Positions 49,151-60,592 of a stretch of DNA of 64,000 nucleotides are shown in pieces. The DNA is taken from assembly GCA_001599295.1 (NCBI GenBank), contig BCGN01000007.1, forward strand, positions 832,470 through 896,469. Reading direction: 5' to 3'. Origin of the DNA: Sporopachydermia quercuum (Eukaryota). The stretch's first letter is position 1, and each line of letters starts with the position of its first letter. The notes under the pieces were generated by a model. It was given only the letters and a program-made list of their open reading frames with translations. It ran no database searches and was not told the DNA's origin. The position numbers and the translations under genes are program-made.

Positions 49151-50476
49151 CGGATGAGGTTGTGCGTGAATTTGAGGGTTAATGCAAGCGTTAACGTGAA
49201 TTTGGGGGTAAATGTAATTGTAAATATAAATGTGGATGCAAAACAGTAAAACTTGAATATGCCGTTGGCCGATGGACGTGTAGCTACTTTGATTGCAAAT
49301 GTGAACACTGAACAATCGAAATACAGATAAGACTTTTCAAGGGCGAGCTCCTAGTAATTCTGGCAACAAATTATGAGATTCTCAAACCCCAATATAGAAA
49401 AATACGTTTGAAGTTGAATACAAGCACCAAATTCTCTCAAAGTATTCTTTTCGTTGATTTTCCCTTATAAATAGTTGTGTGATGTTGTGAAGTAATACAA
49501 ATAGGTACTAGGTACTAAAGCATCCCTTGATGAAACACGGAACAAACTAGCGAGAAATCAACAATATTTGAAATTCTAAATGTAAGAAATACGCTGAATT
49601 GTCCGTGAAAGTTTCTGAGAGTTTTTAACTAATATTAATTGATATTTTCAACTGTTTATCATAGATAATTCTCTTGCTACATGAACAAGCAAATTTACAG
49701 ATGGCTTCCTTCCTTGGCCAACGGTGATTTGAGCAACAGATAGTTTGGTCTTGCGTATATCCCCGGTGGGAATGAAGTCTTCAATACACCTGGCAGAATG
49801 ATCTGAGTCAGGAGGAGACGCGAAGTTTGAGAAGGAGGAAGATTTGGTATTAGAGTTGCTGTGGTCATGTGAAAAGAGTAATTGTTTTTGTACCCGATAA
49901 AATAAAGTGTAGGCCGGATTGGGAAAAAGGAGGAGGGGAAAGGCAAGAGGGGTATTCTGGTGATTGCGAGAGGAAAGACGGGTGACAATAGGTGGAAGAG
50001 GTTGAAGAAAAGGAGGAGAAATGGTGGGAATTTGTGATTTTAGTTACAGAATCAGTGCAATTAGAGCGTTTGTTCATGATGTCGTCGTGGTTTTCTTTGT
50101 ATACATTTTTTCTTCAGAAGCACTGTACTATTGAACTAGAACTGAATTTCTTTATTTCTGATTACATCATCTTTAATCACTATCAAAGTTTGTTCTCCAG
50201 TGCAATTCATGCCCCATTTTGTACCACGCACTTATTTGGGTCTCACCATATTTCGATTGTTTCTTGCTTTCCCAACTTTCATTCAGAACAAATAGCAGGT
50301 GAATTCGAGAGTAAATCAGAAGAAAACAGAAGAAATCAAGGATAAAAAGCAGCAAATGGAAATTTGACTGAAAACTGATAATATAGCTTGTATGACTATT
50401 GACTCTGTGTATTTTCAGTTCCATCACCAACAGCAGCTCGTCATCTCTCTGAAAGCTACTGCTATAAGTCATCGAT

Positions 50477-51280
50477 ATGTCTCGGAACATTGCCCCTCAT
50501 CAACAGGGGCCGAACTGGAGAAACACGGTCTCCAGTGAGGAAAGAAGACGGTTTATATTGCTATTGTATGTATTTCGATATCGCATCTTGTTGTTTCGTG
50601 GTATTCCTTTATGTCTTGATGGTTGAATGGTTATGGAAATGGGCTTGTGGCTTGAGAGATAAGGTTTGAGGTGATTTTCAATATGCATGATCATCCATAC
50701 AAAATAAGATTTTGTATTGGGATCGTGCATGAAGATGTATAAGGAGTGCATAATCTCGGAGAATAGTGCATGAATATCGCATGATATATGCATAAAAGCT
50801 GTGTGGTAGATGCATAATTTCTGCATTGTGGAGAATGAGCTTATAAATCCTAACACCAGAGTTACTACGGGCATCGGGAAGATCTTCTACAGTAACCAAG
50901 AACAAGTNTTTTAACTCATTCATATTAATCGATCTTCAAATTACTAACAGATATGTTTTAGTGCAAACGCTTTGAATCCTAACCCTNCGGCTGACATGCA
51001 ATTAGATCAAGAAAAAACTAAGAATGCAGAAAAGCTTGAAAACTTTGCCTACACCGTTGCCGGCTCTAAAGTAAGTATCTATATCTATTCACACCCGTGG
51101 AGCGTGTTTTCTTAACGAAATATAGTCATGTATATAATGGTGTTCTAACAAATGTTCCAGGAGGAGTATTTCAACGTTTGCCGACGGAAGATAATGGAAA
51201 TACGAGGCAGTTCCATGAACCGCAACCAACAAGCGATGAACCCAGGTCAGCAACCACAACAACAAACCCAACAGCAGTCT

Positions 51281-51322
<42 letters not shown>

Positions 51323-51382
51323 TTCAACCAAAACATGGGCATGAACTCTCAAATACCTCAGAACAGGCAGCAGCAACTGATG

Positions 51383-51414
<32 letters not shown>

Positions 51415-54400
51415 ACAACAAGGCAATGCTATAAACAACGGAAACACTCAGCAGAAGCCAATGGGAAGATCGAAGCTTGATATATCGCTGGCAAATCTAC
51501 CTATTCCTGCTGTAATTCTAAAGAACATACCTAACTTACCTCCCAATATCAACACTTGGCCCCAAATATTTGATCTTATCAATAAGAAAATAATTCCACC
51601 CAACCAAATAGAACAAATCAAAAAACTTCACCAATACCACATGAGCCAAATAATCAATCCACGTATCCAGAAGCAATTAGCTATGCGAGCGCAGCAGAAC
51701 CAAGCACAGGAACAGGCCAACCGTGGCAATAATCAGACACAGCCTCAGCCGCAAGGTCAACCACAGGGACAGCCTTCTATGCAAATGAAAATGGGCGGTC
51801 AGCAACCTCAGCCACAACAACAACGTGGAATACCTGTTGGAGGAACCAATGCCCAGTACTCTAATCAAATGGGCGGCCAAATGAGTCAAATGGGAGGTCA
51901 AATGAATAACCAAATGAACAACCAAATGAATAACCAGATGAATATGGGAAACCAAATGGGCAATCAATTAAATGGTATGGACAACCAAATGGGCAATCAA
52001 ATGAACCAAATGGGAGGTCAAATGAATAATCCAATGAACAATCAAATGGGCCCAATGAACCCAATGTCCCAAATGCCTCAAAACAAACCCAACAACTTAG
52101 CCTCAGATTCAGCCTCCTCCGCAAACGATAACGGACAAATGAATATGAATATGAACATGTCTGCCCCAGGAAACAACCTGAAAACACTGTTGACAAATCT
52201 CAGATTACCCCCGGAGGTAGAACAGAATCATATCCGCATGGGTGAATCTATCCGTCAGAAACTCATTCGAGAAGGACGCTTGAAGAAAACGGACGCTATG
52301 TACAACCGGGACACGTTTTTAATGAAGTTTATCGTCCACCAGGAGAAACAGAAAAAGGAAAAAGCTATGGCCGCCGCCGCTACTGCTTCCGCCACCGGGG
52401 GAACAGGGAACANTGGGGGTAGTGTAGGNGCTGGAAACATGCCGGGTAATAACCCATTGAACAGATCACCGGCTATGAATCAGAACCAAAATCAGAACCA
52501 AAGCCAAAACCAGAACATGCGCATGGTTTCAAACCACATGAAACAGTCACCGTATGGTCAAATGGCTGGTAACCAAATGCAAGCCAACTCTACGTCCCCT
52601 ATCCCCGTGCCAATACAACCTCAGCAGCTCCCGCAAGGCCCTCAGGGTCAAAACTTGCAATCTGGTATGCAAAATAGACAGCAACCAGGTTTGCCAATGC
52701 AGCAAGGAATGAACACTTCTCCTGTCGTAGTAAACAAATCTCCCATTCTAAGTTCGCCCCTGATGAACCACAACTTCATCCCCGGACAACCAAATACCAA
52801 CAATGCCAACATAAACAATTCCAATAATAATACCATGGCCAATAACCAGTTTGGGGCCCCAACTGTCCCGTACGGCAATCAAAACATACCCCAGATGATT
52901 TCCCCACACATGAAGAACGTTGGCATGACAGGTCAGCAGCAGCAACAGCAACAGCAACAACAGACCAGTCAGTCCCAACGTCCAGAAATGTCTAGCTCGC
53001 CGTACGCTTTCTTCCAAACGCTGCCTGAGGAGGAGAAAAAGAGAGTAAAAGATTTAATGGAGTCATGCGCAATAATCAGTGCCAGTCTCACTGATATCTC
53101 TTCAAAACTCACCGATAAACAGAAGGAACAATTTGGGGCAATCCTCAGAAACTTCTCCCAGTACTTCGCGGGCATGGAACCTGTGCTACAAGCTATTTAT
53201 GTTACTACTAAGAACCTGGAATCAACAAGAAGAATCATCCAACTGCGTTACCTCTATAGAGACATTGAAAAAGGATATAAAAACGGAAGATATCTGTGTT
53301 CGTTGGAGTTCTTGCAGAAAATTGGAAACCAAGCCCAGCAGTGTCATAAAATGGCCAAGGATCAGTGGGTTGCTTATATTCGGAAGAACAGTAAATCTGG
53401 AGGCAGCTCAACTGCAGCGGGCATTGGAGGAACCTCAGGCACTCAGCAAGTACCGGTGCAGCCTTCTATGCTTCAGCAGCAGCAGCAGCAGTTTTCTTTG
53501 AACCAGCAACAGCAGCAACAGCAGCAACAACAACAAATGCGCTTAGACCCCCAGAGGGCTCAGATCGACGCTCAAGCAAGGATGCGCATGGAAGCTGCTC
53601 GGGCTCAAACGACAGCTGGCGGCATGGACCCATTGCAGCTACAAAAGCAACGCCTGGCACAGGCGCAGGCCACNCAGGCAGCCCAAGCAGCCCATGTTGC
53701 TCAAGCGCAAGCGCAGGCTCTACAACAACAACAGCAAATGATGGGCCAGGTTCCTGTACCAGTACAGGGACCAGTTCCAGGAGTGCCCCCACAAGGAATG
53801 GGTCCTCAGGGAGTGGTCCCACCGCAAGGAATGCCGATGCCAATGCCAATGGTGCCCACAATGGCTAGCCAGGTGCCTCCGGGACCGCAAGGAGTCCCCG
53901 GTATGCCAAACCTCATGGCNCCCCAACAAGTTGTTACTGCAAAAGGGAAACCAAAGGGCAAAGGAAAAGCAGCTTCTGGAACACCAACCGCTTCCGGTAC
54001 AGTGTCCTCTCCTTCACCAAAAAAAGGCAAAGATGCCAAAAAACCCCAGGAGAAAAAACCCGACGGAAGACGGAAAAACAGCAAAGCAACCACCCCAGGA
54101 GCTACCCCTGGCAGCACAGCTGGTGCTGGATCTACTACAGGATCAGGAGCAGGCGGTGCCAGAGGTAGAAAGAACCTTGTTCAAGCGAAGGAGAAACCCA
54201 GTACTGCTTCTGGTACAGGAATTGGTACTCCGCGATCTCTGGAGGCTATTAATGAGAAAAACGAAGACCGCATAAAAGGCCTTGGTGGTAGGAAAAGCGT
54301 GGTCAAGAAAGAAGGTGAAGAGGAAGAAATGGAAAGCGAAGAAGCACTATTCAGACGCAAGGAGTTCCAAAGAAGACAAAACAGGGTGCAGCTTCTGGCG

Positions 54401-55114
54401 TTGGATGGAAGTAAATACTTCCTGGCTTGTTTAGCCAATGTTTTGGATGTTTCAGACGAAGAAATGACAGCTATAGAAGAAGAGGTTGAACGCAGCAAAA
54501 CCAAAGGCTTATCCCCAGAATTATCGCCAAAGGAAGTCAAGAGGAATGGTAATAATGTCAATGTTCATATTATGAATGGTGGCTTGTCTATTGGAGCTAA
54601 TGCTAGCCTTGTACCTGGTGTTCGTAAATCAAACAGGCCCTGGAGAGCTAAAGTGGATCCTCAGGCGCTGAGCAATTTCTTCAAGAGTTTTGACGTGACG
54701 TTCGACACAAGATTGCCTTCAATGCTTACACCACCGGATGATGGAGACTTTACCCACCCAAGAGCCTATCTAGAGCAGCAGCAACTGCAAGGAAGAAAGA
54801 GAAGACAAAGCGTAGAACAAGGAGTATCTCTAGGAAATGCGAATGTCAAGGAGGAGTCGGCAAGCGATACCAAGAGGTTTAAAGACGGGTTTATGACGAA
54901 GACTAATATATGGGATTATGATGAAATGGTGAGGAAATGTGTTCCTAAGAAAGCAAACGGTAACGACGGTAGGGGTAATGGTATTATTAATAATACTATC
55001 AGTAACAGTAAGGACGGTGTTACAGGTAACAAGTTTCCATTTTTCAGTATGATTGACGATCCAACAGATGAATATAATCAGTATATTTATAATGAGTTTT
55101 GGACATTTGAATAG
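50477..55114 (+). CDS. MED15: Mediator tail subunit Med15/Gal11; exons 50477-50565, 50962-51070, 51161-55114
   Basis: Introns GTATGT(50566)..TACTAAC(50942)..TAG(50961) and GTAAGT(51071)..TTCTAAC(51143)..CAG(51160) rebuild a KIX-like N-terminus (NWRNTVSSEERRRF...AEKLENFAY...SKEEYFNVCRRKI); LPPNINTWPQIFDL is Gal11-like; polyQ tracts. Confidence 0.85.
51248..51421 (+). repeat. CAG/CAA polyglutamine tracts in MED15
   Basis: Runs of cagcaa seen directly; further runs near 52934-52963 and 53474-53536. Confidence 0.9.
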
Positions 55115-55753
55115 AGACAATTTTGGAGAAAAACGTTATTAAAATAGAGAAGTGTTTTGGAATTCCTATCATTAGTTGTAATCAGTGAACAATGGGACAG
55201 GTGACAGAGGAAGTGTTCTAGCAAGACAAGGAAGCACTTGGATTGTGCCACTTTCTCCTAGAAGAACCTTTTTGCTATTCTCATTGCTACGAGCACTGTT
55301 ATTAGTATGGTTACCATTATCATTTCTCAATTATCTGTTCTCATTTGATGGTCTTTCAATACTAGAAGTTCAACCTACAAGTTCGTTGGTGATTCGACCA
55401 ACAGAACGTGTTTTCAACTGAAGATTTCAACATAACCAATACTGGATAGTACTTCAATACTTATGACAACCAAGTTCACAGCCCTTAGATTATGTATGAA
55501 ATCAACTCATCTTCGGCTTCAGCTTCAAATCAAATCAAATCAGATTAATTTATTTCATTTTCGTTAATTCCTTTCGATTCAATTCGATTAGATTCAATTC
55601 TATTCATTTTCTGTCGATATACAGATATTGGGCAGTTTTTGACACTTCTCAGTGTGTAATTTATTCGTGTAATATACATATCAATTAACTAATACATTTT
55701 CAATAATGATATAATAATAATATAATTGTAGTAACTATATTATTGATAGAATG

Positions 55754-55876
55754 ACGCGTCCGAATAAAGTATATGATATGACATATTAGCAGATAAAATG
55801 ATGTACTGTATTGTTGATACTAACGGGTCTTCTGTTCTTGAAATGCAGGCGATGATCTGCAGCTGTATAGTCGCGT
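55754..55876. promoter_or_regulatory. MCB-like elements upstream of RAD16
   Basis: ACGCGT 55754-55759 and TCGCGT 55871-55876. Confidence 0.35.
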
Positions 55877-56475
55877 TTTCTTCATGCAATCAAACGGATG
55901 AAACCAAGTAAATNAAGTAAATCGAGCAAAGATTCTAACATCGACTGATCTCTCTTGGATGTGAAATGCATTACATTATCGCTAATAATATCAGCAATAG
56001 CTTGTACTTTTCTTCATTTCTCTCAAATGCCGGGCTGGAAGGGTTTCAAATGATATAAGGTTGACAAGATAGAACATATCGGAAACTATGAGAAACTATG
56101 AGAACTGTAATTATGGTGAGCGCATGAAATAAGCACTAGAAACTGATGATAATTTCGCTACTAGCATCAAACTTTAATCTCCAAACTTTAATGCCGGAAA
56201 TAATACTTTAATCAGGCAATTTTGACTTTAGCCCAAAATTACGGCATTTGGCTTATCGTCTCCGAAATTTACCTCATTTGCCTTCCTCGATCTTTCTCGC
56301 CTTTTCTTTCTTATCTTCTTTCTTCAAATACTACGTGAACTAAAAATGCTGTATTGTGCTTCGTAGAATTGCTTTTTATCGCCCACCTTCTAAGATTTAT
56401 TATTTCCNATATCGCTTGTAGTCCCTCTTGTTATTAGTATTCTCCTAACGCCGAAATCATTCATCGTACGTTGCT

Positions 56476-59232
56476 ATGACGAGAAGAACCAGCTCAAGTG
56501 TTAACTATTACGAAAGCGGAAACGATTCCGACGAAGGGGGATTTCTCATTGAGGATGAAGAACCGGTGAAACGGGCAAGAACTGNTCGTTCCCACACTCG
56601 AAAGGCTAAAGGCGCTGCCGAGCCGGAGCCACNTACTAATGGTAATATTATGCGTTCTCTGCGGAGTAGCAGCAAGAAGTATTTAACGGACTTTGGGCCG
56701 ATGACAGAAGATGAGTTGCGGCTAAATGGGCTTATTCCGGAAGAATTTGGAAGCAGCAACAGCGGAATCAATACTGGAGTAAACACCGGAGTCAATAGCG
56801 GAAATGATACACCTGTTATTGAGCTTATTGATGACGATGAAGATGATATAGCGTTGGATTTGTTTAATGAAGCTAAGCAGCAAAGAAATGGAAATAATAT
56901 GANAAAATCGGCTCGGAGAAGCACTCGGAACAGTTCTGGGAGCAATTCGCGGGCCTCCCGAGCGTCTCGGAAACAGAGGATTGACAGTTCCGACGAAGAT
57001 TATGTCGATAACGGAAATGATAGCGGCTACGAGAGTGGAGAAGATGGTGATTACGTCATTGACCTGACCAAGGAAGAAAACGGAAATCCCAGACCGAAAT
57101 TGACTCGGAAATCTACAAAGCCCAAGCCGAGAACTAGGAGCAAAACCGGAAACCCCGCGAAACAACGGAAATCATCCGCTAAAAGCTCCGCCGCTAAAGG
57201 ACCTAAATTAACGCCCCGCGAACGCAGAACTAATCGCCTCTACGAATTTCACCCGGAACTGAAAAATACGCTTGCCTCTATCACTTCCGCACCCGCCATA
57301 ACCCCCACCGAAAGGCCACAGCCTGACGGCCTGTCAATTAACCTCCTGCCGTTCCAACTGGAAGGCCTCGACTGGCTCATCAAACAGGAAAATGGCCCTT
57401 ACAACGGTGGCATCCTCGCCGACGAAATGGGTATGGGGAAAACCATCCAGACAATCGCCCTCCTGGCGTCCGACCCNGCCAAGGCCCCAAACCTCATTAT
57501 TGCCCCCACGGTGGCCCTGATGCAGTGGAAAACAGAAATTGAACAGCACACCAATGGCAAATTTTCCGTCTTTCTGTTTTACGATCAGGGCAGAAAAGCC
57601 AGTGCCAAAGAACTCGCAAAGCACCATATCGTGCTGACTACGTACGCCGTGCTCGAATCCTGCTTCAGGAAACAGCACACGGGGTTTAAACGGAAGAACG
57701 GTGTGCATAAGGAGAAAAGCCCGTTACACCAGACGCATTTCCACCGAGTCATTCTCGACGAGGCCCACAATATCAAAGACCGGACTTGCAACACTGCTAA
57801 AGCCGCGTTCGGCTTATCTACCGAGAAAAAGCTCTGTTTGTCAGGAACCCCGCTGCAGAACCGAATCGGGGAACTGTATTCCCTTATCCGGTTCCTCCAA
57901 ATCGAGCCGTTTTGCAACTACTACTGCACCGCCTGCGACTGCGCCTCCTCCCAGTGGCTTTTCAGCGATTATTCCCATTGCGACATCTGCAACCACCGGC
58001 CTATGCAACATACAAACTATTTCAACCATTTCATACTGAAACAGATCCAAAACGAGGGAATCGACGAGGGAAACGGCAAGGAATCGTTTGAGTATTTAAA
58101 AGGGTTGCTTTCTCATATCATGCTGCGGAGAACGAAGCTAGAACGGGCCGACGATTTAGGACTCCCACCCCGGATCGTTGAAATCCGGAGAGATTTCTTT
58201 AACGAGGAGGAAAAAGACCTGTACGCATCTATTTATTCTGACGTCAACCGGAGATTTAACACCTATGTTGACCAGGGTGTTGTTTTGAACAATTATGCAA
58301 ATATATTCACATTAATTACGCGGATGCGGCAGATGGCCGATCATCCGGATTTGATTTTAAAGCGAGGGCTTTTGGGTGAGCTTATGGGCAATGGGCATAG
58401 CGGAAGTAATGGCGGAAGCGGGGCCGGAAATAATACTGTGTGTAATCTGTGCGACGACCAAGCGGAAGACGCCATTGAGTCTAAATGTCATCACATGTTC
58501 TGCCGATTGTGTATTCGGGAGTACATGGAAAGCTTCGACGGCAAGGAGAACGAACTGGAATGTCCCGTCTGCCATATCGGCCTGAGCATCGATTTGAGTG
58601 CCCCTGCCATAAACGGTGACTACGGCGATGGCAACGGAATTGGAAACGGCAACGGCAACGGCAACGGCAACTCAATCCTCAGTAAAATCCAGATGGACCA
58701 ATGGAAAAGCTCCACCAAAATCGAAGCTTTGGTCGAAGAATTGTACAATTTACGCAGCGACCGCCAAACCATTAAATCCATCGTTTTCTCCCAATTCACG
58801 TCTATGCTCGATTTGATCCAATGGCGGCTCAACAGGGCTGGATTCCAGACGGTCAAACTACAGGGAAATATGTCTCCAGTGCAACGGGACAACACAATTA
58901 AGTACTTCATGAATAATCCCCAAGTAGAAGTGTTTTTGGTGTCCCTCAAAGCGGGCGGGGTAGCGTTGAATTTATGTGAAGCGTCTCAGGTGTTTATTAT
59001 GGATCCGTGGTGGAATCCGAGTGTTGAATGGCAAAGCGGAGACCGGGTTCATCGGATCGGGCAGCACCGACCGGTTAAAATTACCCGGTTTTGTATAGAG
59101 GATAGCATTGAGTCTCGGATCATCGAGCTGCAGTATAAGAAAGCGGATATGATCCATGCTACGATCGGGGCAGACGAAAGCGCGATCAACCGGCTTACTC
59201 CGGCCGATTTGCAGTTTTTGTTCATGAATTAG
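56476..59232 (+). CDS. RAD16: Snf2-family ATPase / RING E3 for global-genome NER
   Basis: [90 protein letters not shown]. Confidence 0.97.
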   Translation: MTRRTSSSVNYYESGNDSDEGGFLIEDEEPVKRARTXRSHTRKAKGAAEPEPXTNGNIMRSLRSSSKKYLTDFGPMTEDELRLNGLIPEEFGSSNSGINTGVNTGVNSGNDTPVIELIDDDEDDIALDLFNEAKQQRNGNNMXKSARRSTRNSSGSNSRASRASRKQRIDSSDEDYVDNGNDSGYESGEDGDYVIDLTKEENGNPRPKLTRKSTKPKPRTRSKTGNPAKQRKSSAKSSAAKGPKLTPRERRTNRLYEFHPELKNTLASITSAPAITPTERPQPDGLSINLLPFQLEGLDWLIKQENGPYNGGILADEMGMGKTIQTIALLASDXAKAPNLIIAPTVALMQWKTEIEQHTNGKFSVFLFYDQGRKASAKELAKHHIVLTTYAVLESCFRKQHTGFKRKNGVHKEKSPLHQTHFHRVILDEAHNIKDRTCNTAKAAFGLSTEKKLCLSGTPLQNRIGELYSLIRFLQIEPFCNYYCTACDCASSQWLFSDYSHCDICNHRPMQHTNYFNHFILKQIQNEGIDEGNGKESFEYLKGLLSHIMLRRTKLERADDLGLPPRIVEIRRDFFNEEEKDLYASIYSDVNRRFNTYVDQGVVLNNYANIFTLITRMRQMADHPDLILKRGLLGELMGNGHSGSNGGSGAGNNTVCNLCDDQAEDAIESKCHHMFCRLCIREYMESFDGKENELECPVCHIGLSIDLSAPAINGDYGDGNGIGNGNGNGNGNSILSKIQMDQWKSSTKIEALVEELYNLRSDRQTIKSIVFSQFTSMLDLIQWRLNRAGFQTVKLQGNMSPVQRDNTIKYFMNNPQVEVFLVSLKAGGVALNLCEASQVFIMDPWWNPSVEWQSGDRVHRIGQHRPVKITRFCIEDSIESRIIELQYKKADMIHATIGADESAINRLTPADLQFLFMN

Positions 59233-60592
59233 CGAAAATTGCGAAACAGCGATGCGGAGAAGCGGAGAAGATGGAAATATGGTTTTAGCGAGAACTGATT
59301 CCGGAAAACATGTGGAGATGAGTTGGAATAAATTGGAATCAATGGCGTTTAATGGGGATGCTCCGCTAAGGAATAGACAGAAAATATCCTTTCGCTTAGA
59401 AAATTAACCCGAAGACCGGTNCGAAAGCCGGATCTTTAAATCTATCCGGGAACAACACAGTATTATCCACTATCCATTTGGATGATATCTCGGCTAAGTT
59501 ACTGGNTTTGCATATACTTAATACCTTTTCTATTTGCTGTTTTTTTTGTTTTTTTGTTAATTGCTTTACTAGAAAATACTAAATAGTAATTATAAAGAAT
59601 ANTATTGTTATATGAACATTAAATGAACGAGTTCTTTCTCTTGGATTGCCGGTATTTTTCGGTTAGGAATAGAATCGACACGATCCGATCCGACCGAAGC
59701 TGAATCCAAGCATTTTATGTCAATTGGGACGACGGAATAATTAAACGAAAAATGATATCGGGTTGGATTCAAGTAATTCTGGAAATAATAACGGCCTATT
59801 GAGTTCCGGGAGTAGAAGAGATTGTAGTTTATGTTTACGTAATGTTTTATTATTGGAAGATATTTCGGAAATAATGCATATCTACTCTCAAACTTCAAAC
59901 AGAATGGAATTTGTTGCATTCTGCTGAATCTCAATTTATACTTTTATATGAGTTGCATAATACTTGATTGCTTCTTTTTTTGGGTTTTAATTATAAGTTT
60001 CGGCTTGAATTTTGGCTTAATTCAGTTACTTCTTNCTATTGGCTTTATACAGGTATTGTCTCCGATATTTCCACATTTCTCCATTATTTTTGTTGTGAAT
60101 ATTTCCTGATTTGGGACACAACCCAGTTCACTTTTCCCTTAATTTTCGGGTCGTTTCCACCTTTTCCTCTGGGTCATTGCCCCATAATGCTCCATATTAC
60201 TGCTCTTATCATCTTATGGTTCTTATCGTTTTTTTAATAATTTTAAGAGAATCAACTGCTAAAACTCAACGGAAGAATCAATCTCAATTTGCAAGGTTGC
60301 TGTCCATTTATTACTTTTTGGAGCGTGAATTGACATCTCGCATATCATATAAGAATAATCGAAATACATCAACAAGATATCAATCACCAGTAAAGCTGCA
60401 CAGTGTCTTTCTGTCAAGCTATAGATATGTATTCTGTATATCAGCTAGTGGTTATATCGAAGATATTCTGCATTCCATTCCTAGAATAATCCAAGCATAA
60501 TTATTAACAATTCACCTACAAATCTCTGGGTTTATAAGTCTAACGTTTATTCAATTCTGTCTAATATTTCTTTCTTTCCTTCCAATCCTAAT

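Noticed and set aside
49151..49315. N-terminal extension of PAS kinase in the ORF track (likewise VCX1, DIS3, permease)
   Set aside because: Track ORFs start at TTG/GTG, not normal for yeast; first plausible ATGs were used. DIS3 has an in-frame ATG 33 nt further upstream that cannot be excluded.
55494..55848. TACTAAC at 55818 with CAG at 55848 upstream of RAD16
   Set aside because: Only non-consensus donors (GTATGA, GTATAT) nearby; insufficient support.
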